From Cytophagales bacterium (GTDB lineage: Bacteria > Pseudomonadota > Gammaproteobacteria > Burkholderiales > Burkholderiaceae_C), in NCBI GenBank assembly GCA_030054145.1, contig JASGCK010000011.1:3684-67683 (forward strand): a stretch of DNA of 64,000 nt, in the 5' to 3' direction. The notes beneath the pieces are model-generated. The model was not told the DNA's origin. It saw only the letters and a program-made list of their open reading frames with translations, and did no database searches. A program made the position numbers and the translations under genes. Every line of letters begins with the position of its first letter. Within the stretch, counting starts at the first letter, position 1. This document shows, one piece after another, positions 44,335 through 52,506 of this stretch.

Positions 44335-46310
44335 TTGGGTGCTCCCCATGCTTGTGCTGCTGTGCCGCTAAAGAACGTACTGGTCGGCAGCTGCGATTTG
44401 TACTCTTTGTAGTCGCCTGTAATTGACGCGTCCTTAATCACCACGGGGCGCATAAAAACAACCAATTCAGTCTTGGTGCGCGAGGTGCTGCGTTGCCCCG
44501 TCAACGTACCTAGCACGGGCGTGCGGTTCAAGCCTGGAATGCCTTGCTCGGCCGAGATGTCGGACTCTTGCATGAGTCCACCCAGCACCGCGATTTCGCC
44601 ACTTTGCACACGCAAAATGGATTCCAACTCGCGCGACTGAACCACAGGAATTAAGTTGGTAATGGGCGGCGTGGCGGTCAGTAGTGCAGGATTGGGATCG
44701 ACGAGGGTGCTAATGACCCGCGTGATGCTGGGATGCACATTGAGCGTTACGTCGCCCGCATCCGAGATTTGCGGTGTCACCGTCATCACAAAGCCCACAG
44801 GCACGGTGTTGATGTTGGACGTATAGACCGCTGGCGAAAGCAAAACCCCCGTATTGCTGATGGAGGCGGGCGTGTAGGACAGCGTAACGTACACGTAGTT
44901 GTCAATCACTTTGATGATAGCGGTTTGGTTGTTAATCACGGAGAGCTTGGGGCTTGATAAAACCTTGGTTTTGCCAAAGCTCTCTAGCAAACTAATGGCG
45001 GCCGAGATGCTGCCCCAAACCGTATTGGTTGTACCCGTATTGGGGTAACGCAACGTGGCGGAGGTTGCATTGGTCACGGATGAGGAGGGTGTCAAATTGA
45101 TACTCAATCCAGTTGCTGCGCCATTGGTGATGAGTTGCGACCAGTTAATGCCCGATTGCGATGCGGCGCTGAGTTGCACTTCCACAATCGTCGCCTCGAT
45201 CAGCACTTGGCGGCGTGCGCCCGCCATCACACGGTCGAGAAATGCACGCACGCGTTCGTGACCTTTGGAGGTGGTGTTCACGCCGACCACGCCCGACTCC
45301 TTGTTCACCATGAGCGGATTGTTTGTGTTGCCCGTGCCGCCTGCGCCCGTACCGCCTGCGCCGCCGCAAGTCAGTGCGCCCGTGGTTGCCGTCTGTGCGC
45401 TGCCTGCCGCTGCACCACCGCCCGCCGCCACGTTGCCCGCCGCCGCATTGCCCGTAGCAACAACGCCATTGCCCAATACGGATGCGGTGCTAGATGTGGG
45501 CGCTGTGCGCAGGCTGTTGCTGTCCATCACTTGGCGCATTAAGTCGGCCGCAGCTGCGGAGTTCGCGCTCGCACCCCCAGCGCCCGCCGCGCCGCTGCTT
45601 TGCAGCGCCTTGGTCAGCTCCAGCGCCACCCGCAGACGGTCATCGCGCTCTTGGCTGATTTGGCGCGTGATTTGCTCGTCGCGCTGATTGCGGTTTTGAT
45701 TAGCCGTCAGCACGATTTGACAAACGTTAGAGACCAAGGTGTCCCAAAATCGATTGTCCGCCGTTGATTTGATAGACGAATCCGATCCACCCGCGCTGCT
45801 GACTGCTGCGCCGCCCAGCGAGGAACTGACGGAGACATTGCTACTGGACTGACGCAGCAAATTGACGTAATCAATGGTGTAGTTTTGCAGGTAAGGCGCA
45901 TCGGGCTGGACACGCAGCAAACTGCCGTTAATCTCGTAGCGAATATCGGTTTGCGCAGCAATGCGCTCCAGCAATTGCGGCAGTGTTTGGTCAGTCGCGT
46001 TCAACGTGACGCGCCCGCCGACCGAGGGATGAATGTCCACATTCAGCTTGTTGTCGCGTGCCAAAGCAAACAGCAGCGTTTTGACTGATACATCGTTCAC
46101 CACCACGCTAAACACTTCCTGCGCGGCACGTGGCACGGGCGCTGGCGGCATGGCGGGAAGACGCACGGGCTTCATGCTAGGCGGCGTGACGGCAGCAATG
46201 ACTTCGGGCTTGGCGCTGACGTGGCGATCGCTCATCACCTGCGGCGGCAAACCACAAGAGCAAAGCAAAAAGCTTGTGGCAAAAGCAAAGGTGGAGAGCG
46301 CAAATTTCAT
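44331..46310 (-). CDS. secretin (GspD/PilQ/MshL family), probable lipoprotein
   Basis: ATG 46310 gives 659 aa with signal/lipobox 'MKFALSTFAFATSFLLCSCG'. The C-terminal secretin domain has 'GEIAVLGGLMQE', 'GIPGLNRTPVLGTL' and 'TELVVFMRPVVI'. A roughly 100-aa Ala/Gly/Ser/Thr low-complexity insert lies mid-protein. Confidence 0.88.
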   Translation of the reverse strand: MKFALSTFAFATSFLLCSCGLPPQVMSDRHVSAKPEVIAAVTPPSMKPVRLPAMPPAPVPRAAQEVFSVVVNDVSVKTLLFALARDNKLNVDIHPSVGGRVTLNATDQTLPQLLERIAAQTDIRYEINGSLLRVQPDAPYLQNYTIDYVNLLRQSSSNVSVSSSLGGAAVSSAGGSDSSIKSTADNRFWDTLVSNVCQIVLTANQNRNQRDEQITRQISQERDDRLRVALELTKALQSSGAAGAGGASANSAAAADLMRQVMDSNSLRTAPTSSTASVLGNGVVATGNAAAGNVAAGGGAAAGSAQTATTGALTCGGAGGTGAGGTGNTNNPLMVNKESGVVGVNTTSKGHERVRAFLDRVMAGARRQVLIEATIVEVQLSAASQSGINWSQLITNGAATGLSINLTPSSSVTNATSATLRYPNTGTTNTVWGSISAAISLLESFGKTKVLSSPKLSVINNQTAIIKVIDNYVYVTLSYTPASISNTGVLLSPAVYTSNINTVPVGFVMTVTPQISDAGDVTLNVHPSITRVISTLVDPNPALLTATPPITNLIPVVQSRELESILRVQSGEIAVLGGLMQESDISAEQGIPGLNRTPVLGTLTGQRSTSRTKTELVVFMRPVVIKDASITGDYKEYKSQLPTSTFFSGTAAQAWGAPK

Positions 46311-46391
46311 AGGGTTTCTCAATAGATGTTCTCTAGTTTTGAAAACAATTGTCTTGTTATGAATAATTTTTAGCTAATAATTTTTATCAAT

Positions 46392-46420
46392 ATAAAAACT
46401 TAAAACAAGGACACTCCTTG
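46392..46420 (-). terminator. weak terminator/attenuator-like hairpin overlapping the pilin stop
   Basis: On the - strand: 'CAAGGAgtgTCCTTG' followed by 'TTTTAAGTTTTTAT'. The stem is only 6 bp and the loop only 3 nt. Confidence 0.3.
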
Positions 46421-47200
46421 GCAAATGGCTGGTGGACTAATGAGCCATGCATAAGAAGTTTGAGCTGCTAAGCTAGGTGTGACGCAGGCTAAACTGGCGT
46501 GACCACTTGCGGTTGAGAAAAAGTCGCTGTATCTAATTTTCCCCGTGGCGGGTGCGCCGTCATCATCTTTTCTATCCATTTCCGCCAGTAGTCGGGAGTC
46601 GATTCCGTCCCCTGTTGAGAGCATCGGTTTGGTGCCTTCGTTTTGCATGGTTGAGAGATAGAACGAGCCCGCAGCATTGCTATTGGGCATGGTCGCGGGG
46701 TTGGGGTAGGTGAAATAGAGTGGACGCCCCAAAAAGTTGTACGGACTATTCAAAGTCGTGCCGCCAGTGGTGCCAGAAGTGGTGGGTGTCATGCACTGCG
46801 AGCAGCTAATCAAGCCTGCTTGCGCGAGGTTATTAAAAAATTCGGGACTGTCATTAATCGGAACCCAGCCATCGCCCGCAAAATCAGTCGCACTCGTATT
46901 CGTTGCAACTAATGCGCCGCCCAAGTTGGCATCCGACAACAAGCCGCTACCCAGCTTGACCGTCACCGCCTGCGCCAAGGTTAAATCCCCTGGCAGGGCG
47001 TTGTAGCGATCTTGAAAGGCATAAAACGCAACTTGAATCGCTTTTTGTTGATCCATGATGTTACGCACCCGCGCCGAGTTAATCATTTCTTGACCACGCA
47101 AAATTCCACCAATGAGCAAACCGATGACCACCAGCACAATCGCTATCTCAACGAGGGTAAAACCTCGTTGAGATGATGATTGAGCAGCTGATCGAGTCAT
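46400..47200 (-). CDS. type IV pilin-like protein (large, 266 aa)
   Basis: 'MTRSAAQSSSQRG|FTLVEIAIVLVVIGLLIGGILRGQEMINSAR', 'SCSQCM', 'DRKDDDGAPATG' and a C-terminal Cys...Cys loop ending 'CQGVSLF'. Confidence 0.8.
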   Translation of the reverse strand: MTRSAAQSSSQRGFTLVEIAIVLVVIGLLIGGILRGQEMINSARVRNIMDQQKAIQVAFYAFQDRYNALPGDLTLAQAVTVKLGSGLLSDANLGGALVATNTSATDFAGDGWVPINDSPEFFNNLAQAGLISCSQCMTPTTSGTTGGTTLNSPYNFLGRPLYFTYPNPATMPNSNAAGSFYLSTMQNEGTKPMLSTGDGIDSRLLAEMDRKDDDGAPATGKIRYSDFFSTASGHASLACVTPSLAAQTSYAWLISPPAICQGVSLF

Positions 47201-47221
47201 GTTTGTTGCTCGACAAAGTCG

Positions 47222-48034
47222 CTACATGAGGCTTGCACCTTGGCAATTACCGCCTGGGGGCGCAACCATCCAAGGTGTCGTCCCTGCCATATTGGCTGCG
47301 AGTGTGACACCACCTACAGCTGCTCCGCCCTCATTGAGGCAATTAGCAATGCCTACTGCGGCTGCGGGGGTAACGGTAAAGTTGATATCACTAAAGCGAA
47401 AGATGCCGCGCGTTGGATCGCCATCATCCACTTTGCGATCCACCTCTGCCAACATCGCCGAGGAGATGCCCAGTCCCGTGACCACCATTGGCTTTGTTGC
47501 AAATTCAGCAGTCGTTGAAATAAAGAGCGAGCTTGCCGCTATACCGCCTTGGGCAGCAGGCTGCAAAGTGAACCAAACAGGGCTACCAAACGTATTAGCG
47601 GGGCTATTGGTCGTGGTCAGTATGGTCGCTGTAGTACCAACTGTAGCTAATGTACCATTTTGCGTCATGCACTGCGAGCAAGATATCATGCCCGCTTGCG
47701 CGATGTTGTTAAAGAATTCTGGGCTTTCTAAGGGGGGTACGACACCATTGCCTTGTATGCCTGTTGCTTGCGAGGTGCTGGCATTTACTAACGCTGCTTG
47801 CGCCGCAGTTAAATCTCCAGGCAGTGCTTTGTAGCGATCTAAAAATCCGTAATACGCGGTTTGAATACTCGATTGCTGCGCAATGACGCTACGGGTGCGT
47901 GCCGTGTTAATTAACTCTTGCCCGCGCAAAATGCCACCAATCAGCAAACCAATAATGACCAAAACAATGGCAATCTCAACAAGGGTAAAACCTCGTTGCG
48001 TTTGTTTTTTTATGCTAGATAATGATGTTTTCAT
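47222..48034 (-). CDS. type IV pilin-like protein (large, 270 aa), first gene of the cluster
   Basis: A strong AGGAG RBS. 'MKTSLSSIKKQTQRG|FTLVEIAIVLVIIGLLIGGILRGQELINTAR', 'SCSQCM', 'DRKVDDGDPTRG' and a C-terminal loop 'C...CQGASLM'. Confidence 0.8.
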   Translation of the reverse strand: MKTSLSSIKKQTQRGFTLVEIAIVLVIIGLLIGGILRGQELINTARTRSVIAQQSSIQTAYYGFLDRYKALPGDLTAAQAALVNASTSQATGIQGNGVVPPLESPEFFNNIAQAGMISCSQCMTQNGTLATVGTTATILTTTNSPANTFGSPVWFTLQPAAQGGIAASSLFISTTAEFATKPMVVTGLGISSAMLAEVDRKVDDGDPTRGIFRFSDINFTVTPAAAVGIANCLNEGGAAVGGVTLAANMAGTTPWMVAPPGGNCQGASLM

Positions 48035-48252
48035 GTTAGAAACTCCTATGAAATTGAGTGATTTTGTGATTTATTCTTTCTAAAATCACATTTTAATGCT
48101 AACATGATCACATAAATATGTTATAGGGTTTATACCTATGTTTGATTTTATTGCATGATGACAACTAGGCAGAACTATTGAATTCTTAAGTATTCATAAG
48201 TATTCATAAAATAATCACGATTGCTTGACTAAATACTTGCCAACAACGAACC
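48035..48252. promoter_or_regulatory. AT-rich divergent control region (pilin operon / ABC operon)
   Basis: A 218-bp intergenic region, much more AT-rich than its flanks. Inverted repeat TGTGATTT-N9-AAAATCACA (48065-48090), further TGAT(C)ACA-like half-sites, and a 10-bp direct repeat AAGTATTCAT x2 (48188-48207). Confidence 0.45.
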
Positions 48253-49059
48253 ATGAATCAACCATTACAAAAAAATAGTACCGCTGTTTGGGCGTTGACC
48301 AAACTCGTTTTATTGGAATCTTGGCGTGGACGCAGTGGACGATTTCTTTTTTTGGCGCTTATTGCCATCCAACTGATCGCCAGTTTGGTAACGGAGATGG
48401 CGGTCACGGAGTCGCTGGAGTTGCGCATCACGACATCGGCTTTTTTGTATCGCTTATCGCTCATTTTTGCGCTGGGTGTCTCCATGATTGCCAGTGTGGT
48501 GCGCGAGCATGAAAGTGGCTTTGTGTATGTGCTACTTGCGCACCCTATCTCGCGGATGCATTACGTGCTGGGGCGAATGTTTGGCTATGGCTTGACGGCA
48601 GGGTTGGCGGCGCTGTCGGTCATGTTGGTGATGGCGATTTGGGTGCCTGTTGAGCATTGGCAGGCGCTGCTTATTTGGACGAGTTCGCTGTGGCTGGAGT
48701 TGATGGTGTCAGGTGCTGCGGCGCTGTTTTTTGCGCTGGGTTTGCGCAATATGGTGGGTAGCATGGTGATGTGGCTGGCGTTTTACATCTTGGCGCGGGT
48801 GCTGGATGTGGCTCGCGCGATGGCAGCCAGTCCGATTGGGCAAGACCCGAATAGCTTGCAGGTGCTGGTGGGTCAATGGGCGTTTCAAGCAATGGGCTGG
48901 GTGATCCCGCCGCTGGGCACATTTACGCGGGCGGAGTGGCTCTTGGGCAACGTAGTGCCCGCGCCCGAGATGTGTTTGATTTTGGCGGGCTGGGCGCTGC
49001 TCTATAGCGCGATTTGCGTGGTAGCCGCCGCGATTGATTTTTACCGCCATGAGATTTAA
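48253..49059 (+). CDS. polytopic membrane protein, ABC-2/NosY-like permease
   Basis: 268 aa with about 6 TM segments. Called from its operon with an ABC ATPase two genes downstream. No diagnostic motif. Confidence 0.55.
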   Translation: MNQPLQKNSTAVWALTKLVLLESWRGRSGRFLFLALIAIQLIASLVTEMAVTESLELRITTSAFLYRLSLIFALGVSMIASVVREHESGFVYVLLAHPISRMHYVLGRMFGYGLTAGLAALSVMLVMAIWVPVEHWQALLIWTSSLWLELMVSGAAALFFALGLRNMVGSMVMWLAFYILARVLDVARAMAASPIGQDPNSLQVLVGQWAFQAMGWVIPPLGTFTRAEWLLGNVVPAPEMCLILAGWALLYSAICVVAAAIDFYRHEI

Positions 49060-49810
49060 ACCGCTGGCTTTTGCTCGCACGGCGGTGCAGCAATTCTTTG
49101 CCAAACGCAAGGCGCAAGCACCTGCACCAACTTGGCTGTGGGTCATGCTGGTTGTGGGGCTGCTGGCAGGTGCGGGACTCTCGACCCTGCGCGGTGCGCC
49201 CCAAGCTAGCGCAGAAGCTTTGGGTTTGCCGCCCAGCGTTGTGGGCGCTCGGCTGTTGTCACTGGATGAGCCTGTGGCGCTTGCCAAAATCTTGAATCTC
49301 GTGGTGCAGTCACACGATGCGCAGCCTGGCTTGTCGCTGCGTTACGGACAGCTTAATTACGAGCAGCTCACGGCATGGATGGATTTATCGCTGGCGCTTG
49401 ATCCGACGGGGCAATATCCGCTCTTGGCGGGGGCACGCCTCTACACGCAAAACTCGGCCGACCGAGCGCGGCAGCGCAAGATGACCGATTGGGTTGCCAC
49501 GCGGTTTTTGGATGATCCCGCGCGGCGCTGGCCATGGATTGCGCACGTGGCTTACGTGGCTAAAACGCAGTTCAAAGATATGTCGCTGGCCATGCGCTAC
49601 GCCGAAACCTTGCGCAATAAAACCGAGCGCTTGCCAGATGTGCCTGCGTGGGCGCGGCAAATGGATATCTTTTTAAAGATCGAAATGAAGGACTCGGATA
49701 CCGCCAAGTTTTTAATTGGCGGCTTGCTGCAAAGCGGGCAAATAAAAGATCCGAACGAGCTGCGGTTTTTAGCGCACACGCTTAAAGAATTGGAAGAAGG
49801 CAGACGATGA
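49049..49810 (+). CDS. hypothetical membrane-anchored helical-repeat protein
   Basis: ATG 49049 lies inside the permease 3' end. One N-terminal TM helix 'WLWVMLVVGLLAGAGL', then a roughly 210-aa helical region. ATGA overlap with the downstream ATPase. Confidence 0.5.
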   Translation: MRFKPLAFARTAVQQFFAKRKAQAPAPTWLWVMLVVGLLAGAGLSTLRGAPQASAEALGLPPSVVGARLLSLDEPVALAKILNLVVQSHDAQPGLSLRYGQLNYEQLTAWMDLSLALDPTGQYPLLAGARLYTQNSADRARQRKMTDWVATRFLDDPARRWPWIAHVAYVAKTQFKDMSLAMRYAETLRNKTERLPDVPAWARQMDIFLKIEMKDSDTAKFLIGGLLQSGQIKDPNELRFLAHTLKELEEGRR

Positions 49811-50571
49811 ATACAGGACAAGACCCAGTACAAGAAAACTCCCCAGCCAACGTGGCTTTGCGGGCTACCAACGTTGAAAAAATCTATCCCACACGCCCCG
49901 ACTTTAAAGCCTTGAATGACGTGAGCCTGAGCGTAGCGGCAGGTGAGTGCTTTGCCTTGGTTGGCGTGAACGGCGCGGGCAAAACGACGCTCATCAAAAG
50001 CTGGTTGAACCTCACGCAGGTCAGCCGTGGCTCGCTCGCTATTTTTGGTGTGGATGCAACCACGCTAGAGGCACGCACGCAACTGGCGTATATGCCCGAG
50101 CGCTTTGCGCCGCACGGCTGGCTGAAGACCCGCGACTACATCCAGCTGGTGCTCTCCTTGCACGGCGTTGCTTGGAGCGAAGCAGATGCCGTGCAGACCT
50201 TATCCGATATGGGCTTGCAGGCAGGTGTCCTGAAGCTCGCGATGCGGGAATGCAGCAAAGGCATGAGTCAAAAAATCGGTTTGGCGGCGGCGTTTTTGTC
50301 AAAACGCGAACTGCTTATTTTGGATGAGCCGATGAGCGGACTCGATCCGATTTCGCGCGTGCAAGTCAAAGGTTTGATTCGCCGTATGAGGGAGCTGGGT
50401 CGCACGGTTTTTATGTGTACCCATGCGCTAGGCGATGTGGGCGAGCTGGCGGATAGACTGGCGGTGATGCACGGCGGCGAAATTCGTTTTGTTGGCACCG
50501 TGCCTGAGTGGCTAGCCGCGCACAACACCGATAATCTAGAGTTGGCTTATTTGGCGACGGTGCAGGGGTGA
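49807..50571 (+). CDS. ABC transporter ATP-binding protein
   Basis: 254 aa. Walker A 'GVNGAGKTT', signature 'CSKGMSQKIGLAAA' and Walker B 'LLILDEP'. Confidence 0.88.
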   Translation: MNTGQDPVQENSPANVALRATNVEKIYPTRPDFKALNDVSLSVAAGECFALVGVNGAGKTTLIKSWLNLTQVSRGSLAIFGVDATTLEARTQLAYMPERFAPHGWLKTRDYIQLVLSLHGVAWSEADAVQTLSDMGLQAGVLKLAMRECSKGMSQKIGLAAAFLSKRELLILDEPMSGLDPISRVQVKGLIRRMRELGRTVFMCTHALGDVGELADRLAVMHGGEIRFVGTVPEWLAAHNTDNLELAYLATVQG

Positions 50572-50660
50572 TTTAATTGGGGACAGACCCTAATTAATTT
50601 GATACACGCTCCTGGTTCGAGATCACGCCTCCCATTAATTAGGGTCTGTCCCCAATTTAA
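50572..50660. repeat. REP family 1 inverted pair
   Basis: 'TTTAATTGGGGACAGACCCTAATTAA' (50572-50597) and 'TTAATTAGGGTCTGTCCCCAATTTAA' (50635-50660) flank a 37-nt loop. Same family as the REPs around the RAYT gene. Confidence 0.82.
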
Positions 50661-50678
50661 TTTATGAAGGACATCAAA

Positions 50679-51761
50679 ATGAAAGTGGCAGTTTTAGCGG
50701 GTGACGGCATTGGGACAGAAATTGTGGCGGAGGCCGTCAAGGTTCTCAAGGCTTTGGATTTAAAAATGGAGATGGAGTCCGCGCTGGTGGGCGGGGTGGC
50801 TTACGATGCGCACGGTCATCCGTTGCCGCCTGCAACGCTGGCACTGGCTAAAGCCGCCGATGCGGTTTTGTTTGGCGCGGTGGGCGATTGGAAGTACGAC
50901 AAGCTGGAGCGCCAATTCCGTCCTGAGCAAGCGATTTTGGGACTGCGCAAAGAGCTTGGCTTGTTCGCCAATTTCCGCCCCGCGATTTGTTACGAAGAGT
51001 TGGTTGGCGCATCCAGCCTCAAGCCCGAGCTGATTTCGGGGCTGGATATTCTCATCATCCGCGAACTCACGGGCGATATTTATTTTGGTACGCCGCGTGG
51101 TCGCCGCGTCGCAACCGATGGACATTTCCCGGGCGCGGAAGAAGCCTTCGACACCATGCGTTACAGCCGCCCAGAGATTGAACGCATCGGGCACGTAGCG
51201 TTTCAGGCGGCGCAAAAACGTAGCAAGCGCGTGACCAGCGTGGATAAAAACAATGTGCTGGAAACATCGCAACTTTGGAAAGACGTGATGGTGGAAGTTG
51301 CCAAGCAGTATCCCGATGTGGCGCTAGACCATATGCTGGTAGACAACGCCGCGATGCAACTGGTGAAAGAGCCGAAAAAGTTTGACGTACTCGTCACAGG
51401 CAATATGTTTGGCGATATTTTGAGTGACGAGGCCTCCATGCTGACGGGCTCGATTGGGATGCTGCCTTCCGCATCGCTCAATAGCAAAAACCAAGGTTTG
51501 TACGAACCCAGTCACGGTTCTGCGCCTGATATTGCTGGTAGAGGCATTGCCAATCCACTAGCCACGATTTTGTCGGCCGCCATGATGCTGCGCTTTAGTT
51601 TGAATCAAGCGGCCAGTGCTGAGCGGATTGAAACTGCCGTGAAAGCCGTGCTGGCAAAGGGTCTTCGCACAGCAGACATCTACGGCAAGGGCGGCGCTGG
51701 CATGACCAAAGTCAGTACGCGCGAAATGGGCGACGCAGTGGTTGCGGCGCTAGCCAATTAA
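50679..51761 (+). CDS. leuB: 3-isopropylmalate dehydrogenase
   Basis: ATG 50679 follows a GAAGGA RBS. '[15 protein letters not shown]' and '[26 protein letters not shown]'. Confidence 0.93.
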   Translation: MKVAVLAGDGIGTEIVAEAVKVLKALDLKMEMESALVGGVAYDAHGHPLPPATLALAKAADAVLFGAVGDWKYDKLERQFRPEQAILGLRKELGLFANFRPAICYEELVGASSLKPELISGLDILIIRELTGDIYFGTPRGRRVATDGHFPGAEEAFDTMRYSRPEIERIGHVAFQAAQKRSKRVTSVDKNNVLETSQLWKDVMVEVAKQYPDVALDHMLVDNAAMQLVKEPKKFDVLVTGNMFGDILSDEASMLTGSIGMLPSASLNSKNQGLYEPSHGSAPDIAGRGIANPLATILSAAMMLRFSLNQAASAERIETAVKAVLAKGLRTADIYGKGGAGMTKVSTREMGDAVVAALAN

Positions 51762-51765
51762 GCGT

Positions 51766-51790
51766 TCCCCCGTGCGGGGGGACTTTTTTA
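51766..51790 (+). terminator. Rho-independent terminator after leuB
   Basis: 'TCCCCCgtgcGGGGGGA' followed by CTTTTTTA immediately after the stop. Confidence 0.65.
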
Positions 51791-51797
51791 AGTGTCT

Positions 51798-52451
51798 ATG
51801 GAAATCATCACTTTTTTGTTTGACCTCATCATGCACATTGATGTGCATTTGGAGTTGTTCGTCAGGCATAACGGCGCTTGGGTTTATGCGCTTTTATTTC
51901 TCATCATCTTTGTGGAAACGGGCTTGGTGGTCATGCCATTTTTGCCGGGCGATTCGTTGCTCTTCGTCGTCGGAGCCCTAGCTGGCGTGGGCTTGATGAG
52001 CTATCCGCTCTCGGTTGCGATTTTGATTGCGGCGGCTGTTGCGGGTAATCAAACCAATTACGCGATTGGCCGCAAGGTGGGTGATCGTGCGCTGGGTTGG
52101 AAAAATTCTAAGTGGTTTAACAAAGATGCTTTTGACAAAGCCCACGCTTTTTATGAGCGCAATGGTGGCATCACGATTGTGGCGGCGCGGTTCATGCCGT
52201 TCATGCGTACCTTCGCGCCGTTCGTGGCAGGCGTTGCCCAAATGACACGCTCACGCTTTACGCTGTTTGATGTGACGGGCGGCGCACTGTGGGTTGGCTC
52301 TATCGTGACGATTGGCTATTTTTTTGGTAATTTGCCTTGGGTCAAAGCGCACCTCAGCCACATCATTTGGGCGATGATTCTGATTCCAGGGGTGGTGGTT
52401 TTGGTGGGCTATTTCAAAGACAAGAATAAGAGCCAGAGCCGTTTGGACTGA
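51798..52451 (+). CDS. DedA-family inner membrane protein
   Basis: 217 aa from ATG 51798. 'FVETGLVVMPFLPGDSLLF' and 'ARFMPFMRTFAPFVAG'. Confidence 0.87.
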   Translation: MEIITFLFDLIMHIDVHLELFVRHNGAWVYALLFLIIFVETGLVVMPFLPGDSLLFVVGALAGVGLMSYPLSVAILIAAAVAGNQTNYAIGRKVGDRALGWKNSKWFNKDAFDKAHAFYERNGGITIVAARFMPFMRTFAPFVAGVAQMTRSRFTLFDVTGGALWVGSIVTIGYFFGNLPWVKAHLSHIIWAMILIPGVVVLVGYFKDKNKSQSRLD

Positions 52452-52506
52452 GTTTGTCGAAGTCCTGTCGCCTAGCATTGCCCGTCGACAGGCCCAGGGT
52501 CAACGG
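52441..52506. repeat. REP family 2 hairpin (GTTCGCCCTGAGCTTGTCGAAGGG type, degenerate copy)
   Basis: 'GTTTGGACTGAGTTTGTCGAAG' ... 'CGTCGACAGGCCCAGGGTCAACGG' sits between convergent genes. Both flanking stop codons (dedA 52449-52451; amidohydrolase 52500-52502) lie inside the arms. Confidence 0.7.

Noticed and set aside
48065-48090. A CRP/FNR-type site (TGTGA...TCACA).
   Set aside because: The half-sites are separated by 16 nt between the pentamers instead of 6. I kept it only as a generic inverted repeat.
48215-48245. A sigma-54 (-24/-12) promoter for the pilin operon: - strand 'TGGCAAGTATTTAGTC'.
   Set aside because: The GG is present but the -12 element is TAGT rather than TTGC at the required spacing. 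The site lies about 190 nt from the pilin ATG and next to the opposite-strand gene. I cannot support it without a scan and conservation data.
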